NCBI GenBank assembly: GCA_038042445.1 | Contig: JBBTED010000077.1 | Span: 1 to 36,881, forward strand | Direction of reading: 5' to 3' | Length of the DNA stretch: 36,881 nt | DNA from: Candidatus Firestoneibacteriota bacterium | GTDB taxonomy: Bacteria; Oederibacteriota; D2-FULL-39-29; JBBTED01 | In this document: positions 8,942-20,552 of the stretch, in pieces | Layout: each line of letters starts with the position of its first letter | Numbering within the stretch: position 1 is the stretch's first letter | Program-made: the position numbers and the translations under genes | Notes under the pieces: model-generated | The model's database searches: none | What the model saw: only the letters and a program-made list of their open reading frames with translations | Told to the model about the DNA's origin: nothing

Positions 8942-10177
8942 TTATAATAACATCTGTATATCTAATGTATACGTCTTTTTGTAAAGTCTGAATTCAATAT
9001 CATAGCTCTGTCTGAAGTAACAATTCAATTGAATTCTTTCATAAATATCTATGGCTATCCCTGAACGCAAAACAGAATCAGGACTTAATAAATTTAGTTT
9101 TTCCACATCCTTCTGGTCATACGAAAAATAAAATTTAATTTTGTTGAAATTTAAGGTTGGATTAAGTGATATAGCAGTATGTATATTTGGATACAAACCG
9201 CTATATTTTTCAAAGGAGCCGCCAACATTAATTACAGACAAAATCTGACTGTTAAACTCAAAATATCCACCATTTCTCATCTGATTTGTTTTACTAAGTT
9301 TTACCTGTTGCCAATCTATCGGCCGTCTTTCTTCATAATTATAATCTAAAATTCCCGGCACAAAATTCGGTGCGATATTACGATATTCTACTTTCACTTC
9401 AAAATTATTGATTTTTAAAGCAATCCCAGGGAATATAAAACCTTCTCCTTTATCTCTTATTTGTGCAACTTCTGTATAAATACAAAAATCCGAATCAGGT
9501 GATTTAATCAATTGGAAATCAAGACCTGCTGAAAAACCACCAAGTTGATCTGAACCAGAAAGTGGATAAACTTTGTCTGTCCTGGAATCATACCAATATT
9601 TGTTTTTAGAAGGAATAGAATCAGATATTACTATTCCATTCATTTTTATAGAATGAAAAAAACTTTTTCCTAATATATCAGATGGCATAAAAAATATATT
9701 AACAGCCTCTACCCTCTCATCAAAAACATCATTACCAAAATCTTCAAGACCGACTGATCCAAAATCAACTTTAAACTGTCTTCCAAATTTTCTTTCAAAA
9801 TCAGCAGGTTGTGTATTATAGTAACGCTTTACAAGAAGCCCATGACCTAAAGTTATTTCCTCAATATTTCCACCCCTTAAAAACAACCCTTCATTCTCAT
9901 ATTTTATTTCACGAACCAAATTAGACAAATCTCTTAATTCATTCCAATCTTCTTTGCGAATCCCGGAATTTGCAAATAAAAATCTTATATCCATATCCGC
10001 CGTAATTCTCATATATTTAAAAACAGGCCTTATAGCTAAAAGAAAAAACGAGTTATCTTGTATTGCAGTAATACCTGAAGCAATAAAAAATTCAGTTTTT
10101 AACTCTTCAGAAATCTCTTCTGAATTCACAGAAGTAAATGTTGCTATTAGAATTACAAGCGAAATAATTAATTTCAT
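8942..10177 (-). CDS. Secreted hypothetical protein, probable outer-membrane beta-barrel
   Basis: Signal peptide, alternating aromatic/hydrophobic strands, motif ITLGHGLLVKRYYN. Confidence 0.6.
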   Translation of the reverse strand: MKLIISLVILIATFTSVNSEEISEELKTEFFIASGITAIQDNSFFLLAIRPVFKYMRITADMDIRFLFANSGIRKEDWNELRDLSNLVREIKYENEGLFLRGGNIEEITLGHGLLVKRYYNTQPADFERKFGRQFKVDFGSVGLEDFGNDVFDERVEAVNIFFMPSDILGKSFFHSIKMNGIVISDSIPSKNKYWYDSRTDKVYPLSGSDQLGGFSAGLDFQLIKSPDSDFCIYTEVAQIRDKGEGFIFPGIALKINNFEVKVEYRNIAPNFVPGILDYNYEERRPIDWQQVKLSKTNQMRNGGYFEFNSQILSVINVGGSFEKYSGLYPNIHTAISLNPTLNFNKIKFYFSYDQKDVEKLNLLSPDSVLRSGIAIDIYERIQLNCYFRQSYDIEFRLYKKTYTLDIQMLL

Positions 10178-10186
10178 AGTTTATCC

Positions 10187-10250
10187 TGTCATTGCGAACA
10201 AAGTGAAGCAATCTCGAGATTGCTTCGTCGCAAAGCTCCTCGCAATGACA
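10187..10250. repeat. GTC-tagged palindromic repeat dimer
   Basis: 11-bp terminal IR TGTCATTGCGA/TCGCAATGACA; perfect 22-bp internal palindrome GAAGCAATCTCGAGATTGCTTC (10205-10226). Confidence 0.9.
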
Positions 10251-10252
10251 AT

Positions 10253-11782
10253 TTACGTAATTTTAGGGAAAAGAACTTCTTGCTGTAAAACTTTGATGCC
10301 AGATTGCGTTTTTCCCCAAACTTTTAATTCATCTAATTTATTATTAAGATAATTTTTGTCAAAGCCAAATTGTAGCAGAATTTTTTCGGATGTATTTGGC
10401 ATAAATGGAGAGAGTAAAATTGATATTAGTCGCAAAGTTTCACAAGAATTATACATAACTGTATTTACCCTATTTACATTATTTGCTTTGAATAATTTCC
10501 ATGGGGCAGTTTTATCCACATATTGATTTGCCATACGAATAAGCTCCCAGATTTTATTTAAAGCGTCAGCAAATTTAAATTGTTCCATAAAATTATCAAC
10601 TTCTGCAAAAACTTCCTCTGTTTTTTTGTATAATTCAGTATCCAAACCATCTTTTTCTAAATTAGGTTCAGGCACTGCAAAATTACAATATTTCCCCAAC
10701 ATCCCGGTAATTCTATTTACTAAATTACCTAAATCATTTGCCAACTCATTATTAATTCTTCTTATTAAAGCATCTATTGAAAAATCGCCGTCAACTCCAA
10801 ATGGAATTTCCCGCATTAGAAAATAACGCAATGTATCCACTCCAAATTCTGAGGAAATTTCAACAGGATCTACAATATTTCCTCTTGTTTTTGACATTTT
10901 TTCACCTTTAAACTGAAGAAAACCATGTCCAAATATTTTTTTTGGTAATGGTAAATCTAAAGCCATTAATATTGCCGGCCAGATAAGACAATGAAATCTG
11001 GTTATATCTTTTCCAATTATGTGTATATCTGCAGGCCAGTATTTATTAAATTTTTCTTTGTTGTCAGGATATCCAATTGCAGAAATATAATTTAATAACG
11101 CATCAAACCAAACATATACAACTTGTGATTCATCTAAAGGAAAAGGAATACCCCATTTAAATGTAGAACGCGATATACTTATGTCAGTTAAACCCTCTTT
11201 TAAAACATTCAAAACTTCATTTTTTCTTGCGTCTGGCTGAATAAAATCCGGATTGTCATTTATATGCTTAAGTATTTTATCTGTGTATTTTGATAACGCA
11301 AAAAAAAAGTTTTCTTCTTTTAACCAACTGGGTTTTTGTTTATGAATTGAACAATTTCCATCTACAAGATCTTTTTCTGGAAGATAGGCTTCACAAGAAG
11401 TACAATACCAACCTTCATAATGCCCTTTATAAATATCTCCTTTTTCATAAACTCTTTGGACAATTTCCTGTGCGCATTTTTTGTGTTTTTCATCACTTGT
11501 TCGTATAAAATCATCATTGGAAATATTTAGTTTCTTCCATACATCTTTATATACTGATATCATTTCATCGCAATATTCTTTTGGAGTTTTGCCTAAAGAC
11601 TGCGCTTTGCGTTCAACATTTAAACTATGTTCATCAGAACCTGTAAGAAAAAATACATCATAACCTGCCAAACGTTTATACCGAGCTATAACATCTGCAG
11701 CAATAACTTCATAAGCAAAACCAATATGCGGTGATGCATTTGCATAAACTATAGCAGTTGTTACATAAAATTTTTTATTCAT
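10253..11782 (-). CDS. metG: Methionyl-tRNA synthetase, short form without C-terminal tRNA-binding domain
   Basis: FYVTTAIVYAN..PHIGFAYE, LTGSDEH, YVWFDALLNY, GKDITRFH, KMSKT. Confidence 0.97.
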   Translation of the reverse strand: MNKKFYVTTAIVYANASPHIGFAYEVIAADVIARYKRLAGYDVFFLTGSDEHSLNVERKAQSLGKTPKEYCDEMISVYKDVWKKLNISNDDFIRTSDEKHKKCAQEIVQRVYEKGDIYKGHYEGWYCTSCEAYLPEKDLVDGNCSIHKQKPSWLKEENFFFALSKYTDKILKHINDNPDFIQPDARKNEVLNVLKEGLTDISISRSTFKWGIPFPLDESQVVYVWFDALLNYISAIGYPDNKEKFNKYWPADIHIIGKDITRFHCLIWPAILMALDLPLPKKIFGHGFLQFKGEKMSKTRGNIVDPVEISSEFGVDTLRYFLMREIPFGVDGDFSIDALIRRINNELANDLGNLVNRITGMLGKYCNFAVPEPNLEKDGLDTELYKKTEEVFAEVDNFMEQFKFADALNKIWELIRMANQYVDKTAPWKLFKANNVNRVNTVMYNSCETLRLISILLSPFMPNTSEKILLQFGFDKNYLNNKLDELKVWGKTQSGIKVLQQEVLFPKIT

Positions 11783-11792
11783 ATTTTAAAAT

Positions 11793-11837
11793 TGTAGTTG
11801 CTGATTTATCAGCAATGCCCATAAATGGGCAACTACA
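11793..11837. repeat. GTAG-tagged REP dimer (family A), copy 1
   Basis: TGTAGTTGCTGATTTATCAGC-AAT-GCCCATAAATGGGCAACTACA; arms identical to the copy at 13085-13167. Confidence 0.9.
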
Positions 11838-11845
11838 GCAAAAAT

Positions 11846-13066
11846 TTATTGAGGTTTAGCAACAATCTTATCTATTTCGTTTGCAACATCATCAAGTGCC
11901 TGTTTTGGAGTCTTTCTGCCTGTCAAAGCATCGTATATTGCATTGCTTATTGCACTTTCTATTTTATCCCATTGCATCAATGGTGTACTTCTCGCTGATG
12001 AAATCATATCCACAAAAACTTTCCATTTTGCATCTTTTTGAAAAAAATCGTCATTTGAAACAGTAATTTTTTCAGGAACCATCCCAAGCTTTGCAAATGC
12101 CAATCTGTATTTATCCTGATATGCAAAATCTATAAATTTGGCACATGCATCTTTGTTGGCTGAAGAATTAAGTATAACTATATTATCAGTCACTATCTCA
12201 GTAACCTGAACATTCTCACGCGGAAGAGATGTCACTGAAAATTTTAAATCAGGAGAATTTTTTTTGATAGAATCCATTGCCCATGGACCAGTTTCAAGCA
12301 TAGCCAATCTTCCCTGTTCAAAAAGTCTTTGCAATTCATTTTTAGACCAAGAAGTTACCTCTGGCTGAGTAATATGATATCTATTAACCAAATCAACATA
12401 AAATTGCAGTGCTTTAATACCTACAGTAGTATTTATTATACATTTTTTGTTTGCATCAAAAAATTCCCCACCTACTGACCAGAAAAACAAATAGAAATTG
12501 CTTGCGGTATCATTAACTGATTTTCCAGGCAAACCAATTCCATAAACACGCGGCGGATCATTCAAAGAAAGTGCAGTTCCTAAAAGCTCCTGCCATGTAG
12601 CAGGTGGCTTCAAATTCGCAGATTCAAACAAATCTGTGCGATAAAATAATGCCTTAGTTGATGCAGCCCATACTAAACCAATAAGTTTGCCTTCATACAT
12701 ACTTCGCTGAAAAAACACAGGAAAAAACTCAGCAGTCTTATTTTTATCAAAATATTTTTCATAAGGCTCAATACAGGATATATACTCGGGCATCCAGATA
12801 TCCGGAATTATAAATAAATCCGACCCTTTACCTGCTTTTATCCATTCTCCAATTTGTGAATATGCAGCTTCCCAAGACCTAAGCTCAAATTGAATTTTTA
12901 TATCTGGATTTGCAGATTCAAAATCTTTTATAAGTTGTTCATAAAAATCTTTTTCTCCAACCATTTCATAATCCCAAGCTGTAAATGTCAAAGCAATTTC
13001 ACTATATGCGTTAATACTAAATTGCATTAACAACAAAAAACAAAATATTGTTTTTAAAATTTCCAT
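11846..13066 (-). CDS. Sugar ABC transporter extracellular solute-binding protein (orphan)
   Basis: FESANPDIKI, LFYRTDLF, PPATWQEL, FEQGRLAM, KTPKQALDD. Start moved to ATG 13066, which has an AGGAGG SD; the ORF-track extension reads through a REP. Confidence 0.9.
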   Translation of the reverse strand: MEILKTIFCFLLLMQFSINAYSEIALTFTAWDYEMVGEKDFYEQLIKDFESANPDIKIQFELRSWEAAYSQIGEWIKAGKGSDLFIIPDIWMPEYISCIEPYEKYFDKNKTAEFFPVFFQRSMYEGKLIGLVWAASTKALFYRTDLFESANLKPPATWQELLGTALSLNDPPRVYGIGLPGKSVNDTASNFYLFFWSVGGEFFDANKKCIINTTVGIKALQFYVDLVNRYHITQPEVTSWSKNELQRLFEQGRLAMLETGPWAMDSIKKNSPDLKFSVTSLPRENVQVTEIVTDNIVILNSSANKDACAKFIDFAYQDKYRLAFAKLGMVPEKITVSNDDFFQKDAKWKVFVDMISSARSTPLMQWDKIESAISNAIYDALTGRKTPKQALDDVANEIDKIVAKPQ

Positions 13067-13084
13067 TGCATTCCTCCTAATTAT

Positions 13085-13167
13085 TGTAGTTGCTGATTTA
13101 TCAGCGATTTTTAAAACAGTGATTTGTTTTTTCAAAAAATCACAACGCCCATAAATGGGCAACTACA
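13085..13167. repeat. GTAG-tagged REP dimer (family A), copy 2
   Basis: Same two arms as 11793-11837, with a 41-nt spacer. Confidence 0.9.
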
Positions 13168-13171
13168 TCAC

Positions 13172-15072
<1,901 letters not shown>

Positions 15073-15097
15073 ATCTATCACTTCTCCTTTAAAATTC

Positions 15098-15134
15098 AAC
15101 CCCATCTATATCCCCCTTATCAGGGGAGGGGATT
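15098..15134. repeat. CCCCTT..AGGGG palindromic repeat family
   Basis: AACCCCATCTATATCCCCCTTATCAGGGGAGGGGATT; resembles the reverse complement of 24799-24834. Confidence 0.7.
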
Positions 15135-16694
15135 TTAAAATTTAGCAGTTAATCCAACACGAAATGTAGCACTTAACTCGGGATATTCGAACCACTTTTC
15201 ATAATATCGATTTAATAAATTTTCACCTGCAAAAAATACTTTAAGCCAATTTGTAATCTCCTTTGATATTTGAGTATCTAATAAAACATACGCAGGCAAT
15301 GTTGCTGTGCCACTCTGAGTATATGGCCTTGCACCAATAACGTTTAAATACAAATCTGCCTCCCAGCCAGAATTTAAATACTGCCAGTTTGTTTTTAATT
15401 TATCTCTTGAAAGATATGGTATAGCTTTACCCGGTTCTATATTATTAAATGCGGAAATAAAATTATAACTTACAGTCTGAATTAATTCCGGAAGTATTTT
15501 CCAAACAATAGTAAAATTCATTCCAGCTTCAGAAATTGACTGAACATTTAAAGGTGTCCATAATTTATCGCCATCAGTATCATCCCAAATTATATAATTA
15601 TCGATTTCTTTTCTGTAAACTTCAAAAGTTCCAGAAACTGTTTCACTAAAAATATGCTCTGCACCTAATGTTAAATCCAACCACTGCCAGGAAGGCTGCA
15701 AATTAGGATTAACTTCAAAATAATATTCGCCTGTATAAATTTGCGAAAATTTAGGATAATACAATTCTGGTTTGTATTTAAAATAAAAAGTGGTTTCACG
15801 GGTAATACCATAATAAACATCCAAATTGGGAGTAATTTTGGAACCACTATACGTAAAACCAAAATTAAAAATATATGGAGAGACATTTATATAATCACTT
15901 GCTGTAAAATTCCAAACCCCATTAAATATACTATCTTTCCACCATCCCAAAGATACTCTAATTGAATGATTTATATCAGTGGTAAAAAATTTTATATCAG
16001 AAAAAACATTTCCACCCTGTGCTATATTATCATATCCTTGTTCAGTTAATGATGTACCTTCAAAAAACGTGGAAAACCCGGGAAAAATATCTTTTGTAAA
16101 CCCTGTTTTAGCAGAAATATCAAAAAAATAATGTTTCCGATGAAGTTTGTGGAAAACTGGATTTACAAAAGGAAATTCTTTGATTTTATCATCATATACT
16201 GTATCAAGTGATACTGCAGAATCTGTATCCAATTTATAATTTGTATTTAAAGCTATACCCTGAAAATCATTTCCGCTATTTTCCAAAGCTCCATCATCTT
16301 TATATTTAAAAATATCCACAAAATAATTCAGTTCACCTATCTGCATACCATATAACGTATTTAATTTATAAATATTATGATTACCTGCAGAAGTAGTAAT
16401 TTCGCCAAATCTATTTTTCCCTTCTTCAAATTTTTGCATTTGTGGCATTATTTTTTCCTGTGTTTCTAAAACTGATGTCTGAGATGTGGTATTTAATTTT
16501 GGGGTAACATCAAAACTCTGCATATTCTTTTCTTTAACCGGCAAAATCTTGGATTCATTTTCACCAAATATCATAACTTCCGGCAATTCAATTTTGGGTG
16601 AATCAACCTCTTTTTTCTCCTCTAACTGAGCAAAAACCAAATTTACAGATATACACAATGATAATAACATTACATAAATTGTATTTTGCAACAT
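15135..16694 (-). CDS. TonB-dependent-receptor-like outer-membrane beta-barrel (short, apparently without plug)
   Basis: Signal peptide; ELPEVMIFG box; C-terminal LPAYVLLD...FFAGENLLNRYYE...FRVGLTAKF with terminal Phe. Confidence 0.75.
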   Translation of the reverse strand: MLQNTIYVMLLSLCISVNLVFAQLEEKKEVDSPKIELPEVMIFGENESKILPVKEKNMQSFDVTPKLNTTSQTSVLETQEKIMPQMQKFEEGKNRFGEITTSAGNHNIYKLNTLYGMQIGELNYFVDIFKYKDDGALENSGNDFQGIALNTNYKLDTDSAVSLDTVYDDKIKEFPFVNPVFHKLHRKHYFFDISAKTGFTKDIFPGFSTFFEGTSLTEQGYDNIAQGGNVFSDIKFFTTDINHSIRVSLGWWKDSIFNGVWNFTASDYINVSPYIFNFGFTYSGSKITPNLDVYYGITRETTFYFKYKPELYYPKFSQIYTGEYYFEVNPNLQPSWQWLDLTLGAEHIFSETVSGTFEVYRKEIDNYIIWDDTDGDKLWTPLNVQSISEAGMNFTIVWKILPELIQTVSYNFISAFNNIEPGKAIPYLSRDKLKTNWQYLNSGWEADLYLNVIGARPYTQSGTATLPAYVLLDTQISKEITNWLKVFFAGENLLNRYYEKWFEYPELSATFRVGLTAKF

Positions 16695-16746
16695 ATACTC
16701 GCTCTCCCCTAATGGTTACACCGTAAAAATTCAATAGCTAACATTG

Positions 16747-16775
16747 TAATATCGTTGCCTTACGGCAACCGCTAC
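16747..16775 (-). repeat. GTAG-tagged REP (family B), copy 1; supplies the TAG stop of the TPR gene
   Basis: 29 nt identical to 21813-21841; minus strand GTAGCGGTTGCCGTAAGGCAACGATATTA. Confidence 0.85.
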
Positions 16776-18859
16776 GGCAACTTTTCTGTCATTATTGCTT
16801 TGATTCTATCTCTTGCCATTTCAACAAATTCAGATTCAGAATTAGATTCAGAAATTACTTTAAAACTTTGTAACGCTGAGTCCAAATTTCCCATTTTATA
16901 ATTGCATTCACCTACTTGATATTGCGCTTTCAAAATTTCTAAGGCATCTGGATACAGTTTTATAATTTTCTCATATTCTGCAATTGCACTGACATAATTC
17001 TGTTGTCTAAAATATATGTCCCCTAACTTCAAAATAAACTCTAAATCTGTCTCTGATTTAGGAACCCGTCTGATGTATTGCAAAGTAATATCTAATATTT
17101 TATCATAATTATCCATAGTTTCATAGCACCATTGTAAGCCATGTAAAGCATTTAATATATTACTATGTTCTATTGCATTTACAAACACATCATCATACAC
17201 TTCAATAGCTTTACCGAAATTTCCAGAATTATACCAAGAATCAGCCATCTTAAGTTTTGCTTCAAATTTACGTTTATCCTTTGGGAATTTCGTAATAAAT
17301 TTTTCATAAGAATCTACAGCTTTTTCAAAATCCTTTTTTGTAAAATATGCAAGACCTATAGCATACAATGAATCAGCAGTATTAATTTTCTCCCACATTG
17401 CAATAGCATTATCATAATTGGATTGCCTATATTCACACCAACCACTCCACATAACAGATTCAGGATTCCCTAACTTAGAAAAATACTGTTTTGCTTGTTT
17501 ATATTCACCAAAATTATAAAGAGCAATTGCAGACATATAAGACGCGTCTAAATAATCTCCAGCTTTTTTAAATGAATCTGCAGCATCTTTATATTTTTCA
17601 CTTTTATATAATACCCATCCCAAGCTATAATGCAATTGCACAATTAATTCCACATCTTTTGTAATATCAAGAGCTCGTTTATATGACTCTTGGGCCTTCA
17701 TATAATTTTTAAGATTATAATAGGATTCGCCTATTCTAAATTGTGCTTCAGGATATAATGAACTTTTTTCATCTAAATTTTCAAATTTCAAAATTGCACC
17801 TGCAAAATTATTTTGCTTATACTCACACCAGCCAGCCCAATAAAAAGAATCATCTGTCAATTCATTTTTAGGAAATTCTTCTGTAAATTGCAAAAACTTT
17901 TGCTTAGCATTATTAAATTTTTCAATTGCATAATAATTGTGAGCAAGTAAATATAAAGCATAATTCTTAAATTTTGTGGCTGGATAATCCTGAAAAAGCC
18001 CAAGCAATAAATCTATTGAAGCATTATATTCTTTATTTTTATTTTTTTCAGTTGCCAAATGGTAAAGAGATTTTTCCAACAAATCTTGTGCCTTTAAGAA
18101 CAAATCACCGTCAGGATAATTTTTAATTAAAACTCTCAAGGTTTCAATTGCAACAGATAAATTATTTAATTTAATTAAACACCATGCTTTTGAATAATAT
18201 GAGTAATCTAAAAATTTCGAGCTAAATGCAATTGCATTTTCATAATATTTTAAAGCATCTTCTATTTGATTTAGATTAAAATATGATTCAGCAAGCCAAA
18301 AATATGCATCACCTAAAACTAAACTTTTGGGGTATTTTTTAACAAAATCAAGATAATATTCAGCTGAATCTTTGTATTGTTTCTGTTCAAAAAAACAATC
18401 TGCAATTTTAAAACTTGCCTTTTCAGCAGTTGAATCAACAGGAGAAAACAACACAATCCTTTTATATTCTCTTATTGCTTCGTTATACTTTTGCTGATTA
18501 TACAAACATTCCCCAAGCAAATATTGTACATTTGAATATTTATTACTTCCAGTATTCCTTTCAGTCTCACTCCAAGGATAATTTATCAAAAATTTACGCA
18601 GTTTTTCCTCTGCAAGTATATATGCTTTATCATTATATAATTTAAAAGCAAGATTGTAATCGTCCTCTTCGCCTGCAAAACTTGTCCCTGCAGGTAATAA
18701 GCAGGGAATAGAACAAATAAATCCTAAATGCAAAATACTAAATTCTAAACAAATCCAAAATCCTAAATTTATAAATTTAAAATATCTTAATTTTAATATT
18801 AGAATTTTAGCGCTTTGATATTGTTTAGAATTTAGAATTTTATTATTAGAATTTTTCAT
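16772..18859 (-). CDS. Exported multi-TPR protein (CpoB/BamD-like repeats)
   Basis: Many AxYxLGExYY...YxxAxxxY...YPxS repeats; signal-peptide end TSFA-GEEDD. Confidence 0.9.
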   Translation of the reverse strand: MKNSNNKILNSKQYQSAKILILKLRYFKFINLGFWICLEFSILHLGFICSIPCLLPAGTSFAGEEDDYNLAFKLYNDKAYILAEEKLRKFLINYPWSETERNTGSNKYSNVQYLLGECLYNQQKYNEAIREYKRIVLFSPVDSTAEKASFKIADCFFEQKQYKDSAEYYLDFVKKYPKSLVLGDAYFWLAESYFNLNQIEDALKYYENAIAFSSKFLDYSYYSKAWCLIKLNNLSVAIETLRVLIKNYPDGDLFLKAQDLLEKSLYHLATEKNKNKEYNASIDLLLGLFQDYPATKFKNYALYLLAHNYYAIEKFNNAKQKFLQFTEEFPKNELTDDSFYWAGWCEYKQNNFAGAILKFENLDEKSSLYPEAQFRIGESYYNLKNYMKAQESYKRALDITKDVELIVQLHYSLGWVLYKSEKYKDAADSFKKAGDYLDASYMSAIALYNFGEYKQAKQYFSKLGNPESVMWSGWCEYRQSNYDNAIAMWEKINTADSLYAIGLAYFTKKDFEKAVDSYEKFITKFPKDKRKFEAKLKMADSWYNSGNFGKAIEVYDDVFVNAIEHSNILNALHGLQWCYETMDNYDKILDITLQYIRRVPKSETDLEFILKLGDIYFRQQNYVSAIAEYEKIIKLYPDALEILKAQYQVGECNYKMGNLDSALQSFKVISESNSESEFVEMARDRIKAIMTEKLP
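18719..18856. repeat. Inverted heptamer-repeat element in the 5' end of the TPR gene
   Basis: Units AAATCCT AAATGCA AAATACT AAATTCT...; perfect 15-bp IR CTAAATTCTAAACAA (18738-18752) / TTGTTTAGAATTTAG (18821-18835). Confidence 0.8.
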
Positions 18860-18866
18860 CCTTATA

Positions 18867-19787
18867 TCATAGAATACAACTAATCCCTGAAACTATCTTC
18901 CAGTCATACGATTTATAATTAACATCACTTATTGAAATAACAAGACCAAACTTAATCTTAAAATTGTCAATTTTACACCTAAGTGCTGTAATTAAATCCA
19001 ATGTCGTTGGTTTGTAAACATCATTAACTTCACTCTCTGTTTTTACTTTATTTGTATAGTGTGTTCCATACGCCTCAGTAACAATATCTATAAAATCTAT
19101 TGGTAATTCTGCACCAATTCCATAAAAAATATAATCTACAGGATTTATACTTTTATCATCTACATTCCTATACCTATTTGTAATTTTATATCCAAAATTC
19201 AAATTTAGAATTATTGGTTCAATTTCTTTAGAAATTGCAATAAATGGACCAAAATTAATACCAATAGACCAATAATCAGACGCTGTTGCTGGATTCCTCA
19301 TTGAATTTGTAGTAGGGATATCAAAAATCGTACCTATAGCAATAGAAGGAACCTCACCCAATTCAGTGCAGAAATTATATTTGATATTTATATTACCATT
19401 ACCTATATCAATATACTTAACATCTGGCTGACCTATAGCTACTGATTTCCAGTAAGAATATGCATCTAATGATACTGCAAGTTCAACATAATCAGACATA
19501 CCCCATTTCAACAACACAGGTATATGCTTTTGTGTATCTTGCGTCCATAACTTAGTCAATATATCAGATGTCTTAGATAGCTTATATTCCTTGTAATATG
19601 CAAATTCACTGTATGAAAAATCAGCACCTATTTCAATTTCGCCAGAAGTTAAAACATTTTGAGCTTGCTGTAATACAAATGGTTCAGCCCAAACCAGAGA
19701 ATAGCCAAAAATAAGTGTAATTATAATAATTTGTAAATTTACTTTGCATTTTACAATTTGCATTTTGAATTTTATTATGTTACCCAA
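18867..19787 (-). CDS. Probable outer-membrane beta-barrel transporter (MetA/phenol-degradation-like family)
   Basis: Signal peptide ending LVWA-EPF; AQNVLTSGEIEIG, DIGNGNINIKYNF, IAIGTIFDIPT, LNLNFGY. Start TTG 19787 or ATG 19763. Confidence 0.6.
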   Translation of the reverse strand: MGNIIKFKMQIVKCKVNLQIIIITLIFGYSLVWAEPFVLQQAQNVLTSGEIEIGADFSYSEFAYYKEYKLSKTSDILTKLWTQDTQKHIPVLLKWGMSDYVELAVSLDAYSYWKSVAIGQPDVKYIDIGNGNINIKYNFCTELGEVPSIAIGTIFDIPTTNSMRNPATASDYWSIGINFGPFIAISKEIEPIILNLNFGYKITNRYRNVDDKSINPVDYIFYGIGAELPIDFIDIVTEAYGTHYTNKVKTESEVNDVYKPTTLDLITALRCKIDNFKIKFGLVISISDVNYKSYDWKIVSGISCIL

Positions 19788-20464
19788 GTGGATAATTCTT
19801 CTTTATTAGTTATTGTGACATAATGCTTATCCATATCAATACAATTAGCTTTCTTAAAAGCACTCATCAAAGTAGTAACCACCTCTCGTGCTGTTCCAAC
19901 CATATCTGCAAGATCCTGATGCGTAAGTTTTAAATTTATTCTAATACCATTCGAAACTTTTTTGCCATGTTTTCGTGACAAATCAATTAAGACATTTGCA
20001 AGTCTACCTGGCAAATTTCTAAATGTTAAATTTTCTATTTGTTTATTTGCATCTCTTAATCTTTTACTTAAAGTTTTCATTATTTTCCATGCAACTATTG
20101 GGTTATTTACAATCTCTCTTTTAAAATCATTACCTTTAATTACATATACATGTGTATCTTCCATTGCCTGTGCACTTGCTGAACGAACTTCACCATCTAA
20201 TATAGACATTTCCCCAAAAAAATCCCCAGACCTAAGATATGCCAAAGTTTTTACTTTCCCTGTAGAATCTGATTTGTAAATCCTGACTAAACCAGATAAT
20301 ATTATAAACAAATCGTTTCCTTTTGCATTTTCAAAAAACAAATAAGAATTCTCTTTGTATTGCTTATCCAAAATCACATCAGAAATTATTCTAAACTCTT
20401 TATTAGTCATCTCAGCAAAAAATGGGATTTTCTTCAATAAATCAAGGTTTTTATTTTGTATCAT
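19775..20464 (-). CDS. CRP/FNR family transcriptional regulator
   Basis: cNMP motif GDFFGEMSILDGEVRSASA; HTH LTHQDLADMVGTAREVVT; ATG 20464 follows a GAGGTGG SD. Confidence 0.95.
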   Translation of the reverse strand: MIQNKNLDLLKKIPFFAEMTNKEFRIISDVILDKQYKENSYLFFENAKGNDLFIILSGLVRIYKSDSTGKVKTLAYLRSGDFFGEMSILDGEVRSASAQAMEDTHVYVIKGNDFKREIVNNPIVAWKIMKTLSKRLRDANKQIENLTFRNLPGRLANVLIDLSRKHGKKVSNGIRINLKLTHQDLADMVGTAREVVTTLMSAFKKANCIDMDKHYVTITNKEELSTWVT

Positions 20465-20485
20465 TTTTACCACCTCTAAGAAATA

Positions 20486-20514
20486 ATTATACTTCTATAA
20501 AGTAATTTATTCAA
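20486..20514 (-). promoter_or_regulatory. Sigma70-type promoter for the CRP/FNR gene
   Basis: TTGAAT-17 bp-TATAAT. Confidence 0.6.
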
Positions 20515-20552
20515 CCTATTTATTGGTAAAGAAAAAACGGGAGGGGGAAGTA

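Noticed and set aside
13067..13162. N-terminal extension of the solute-binding protein
   Set aside because: Reads through a REP element; a strong SD precedes ATG 13066.
18545..18580. Possible repeat-derived insertion WSETERNT in the first TPR
   Set aside because: Looks like an insertion, but no clear hairpin or second copy in the window supports it.
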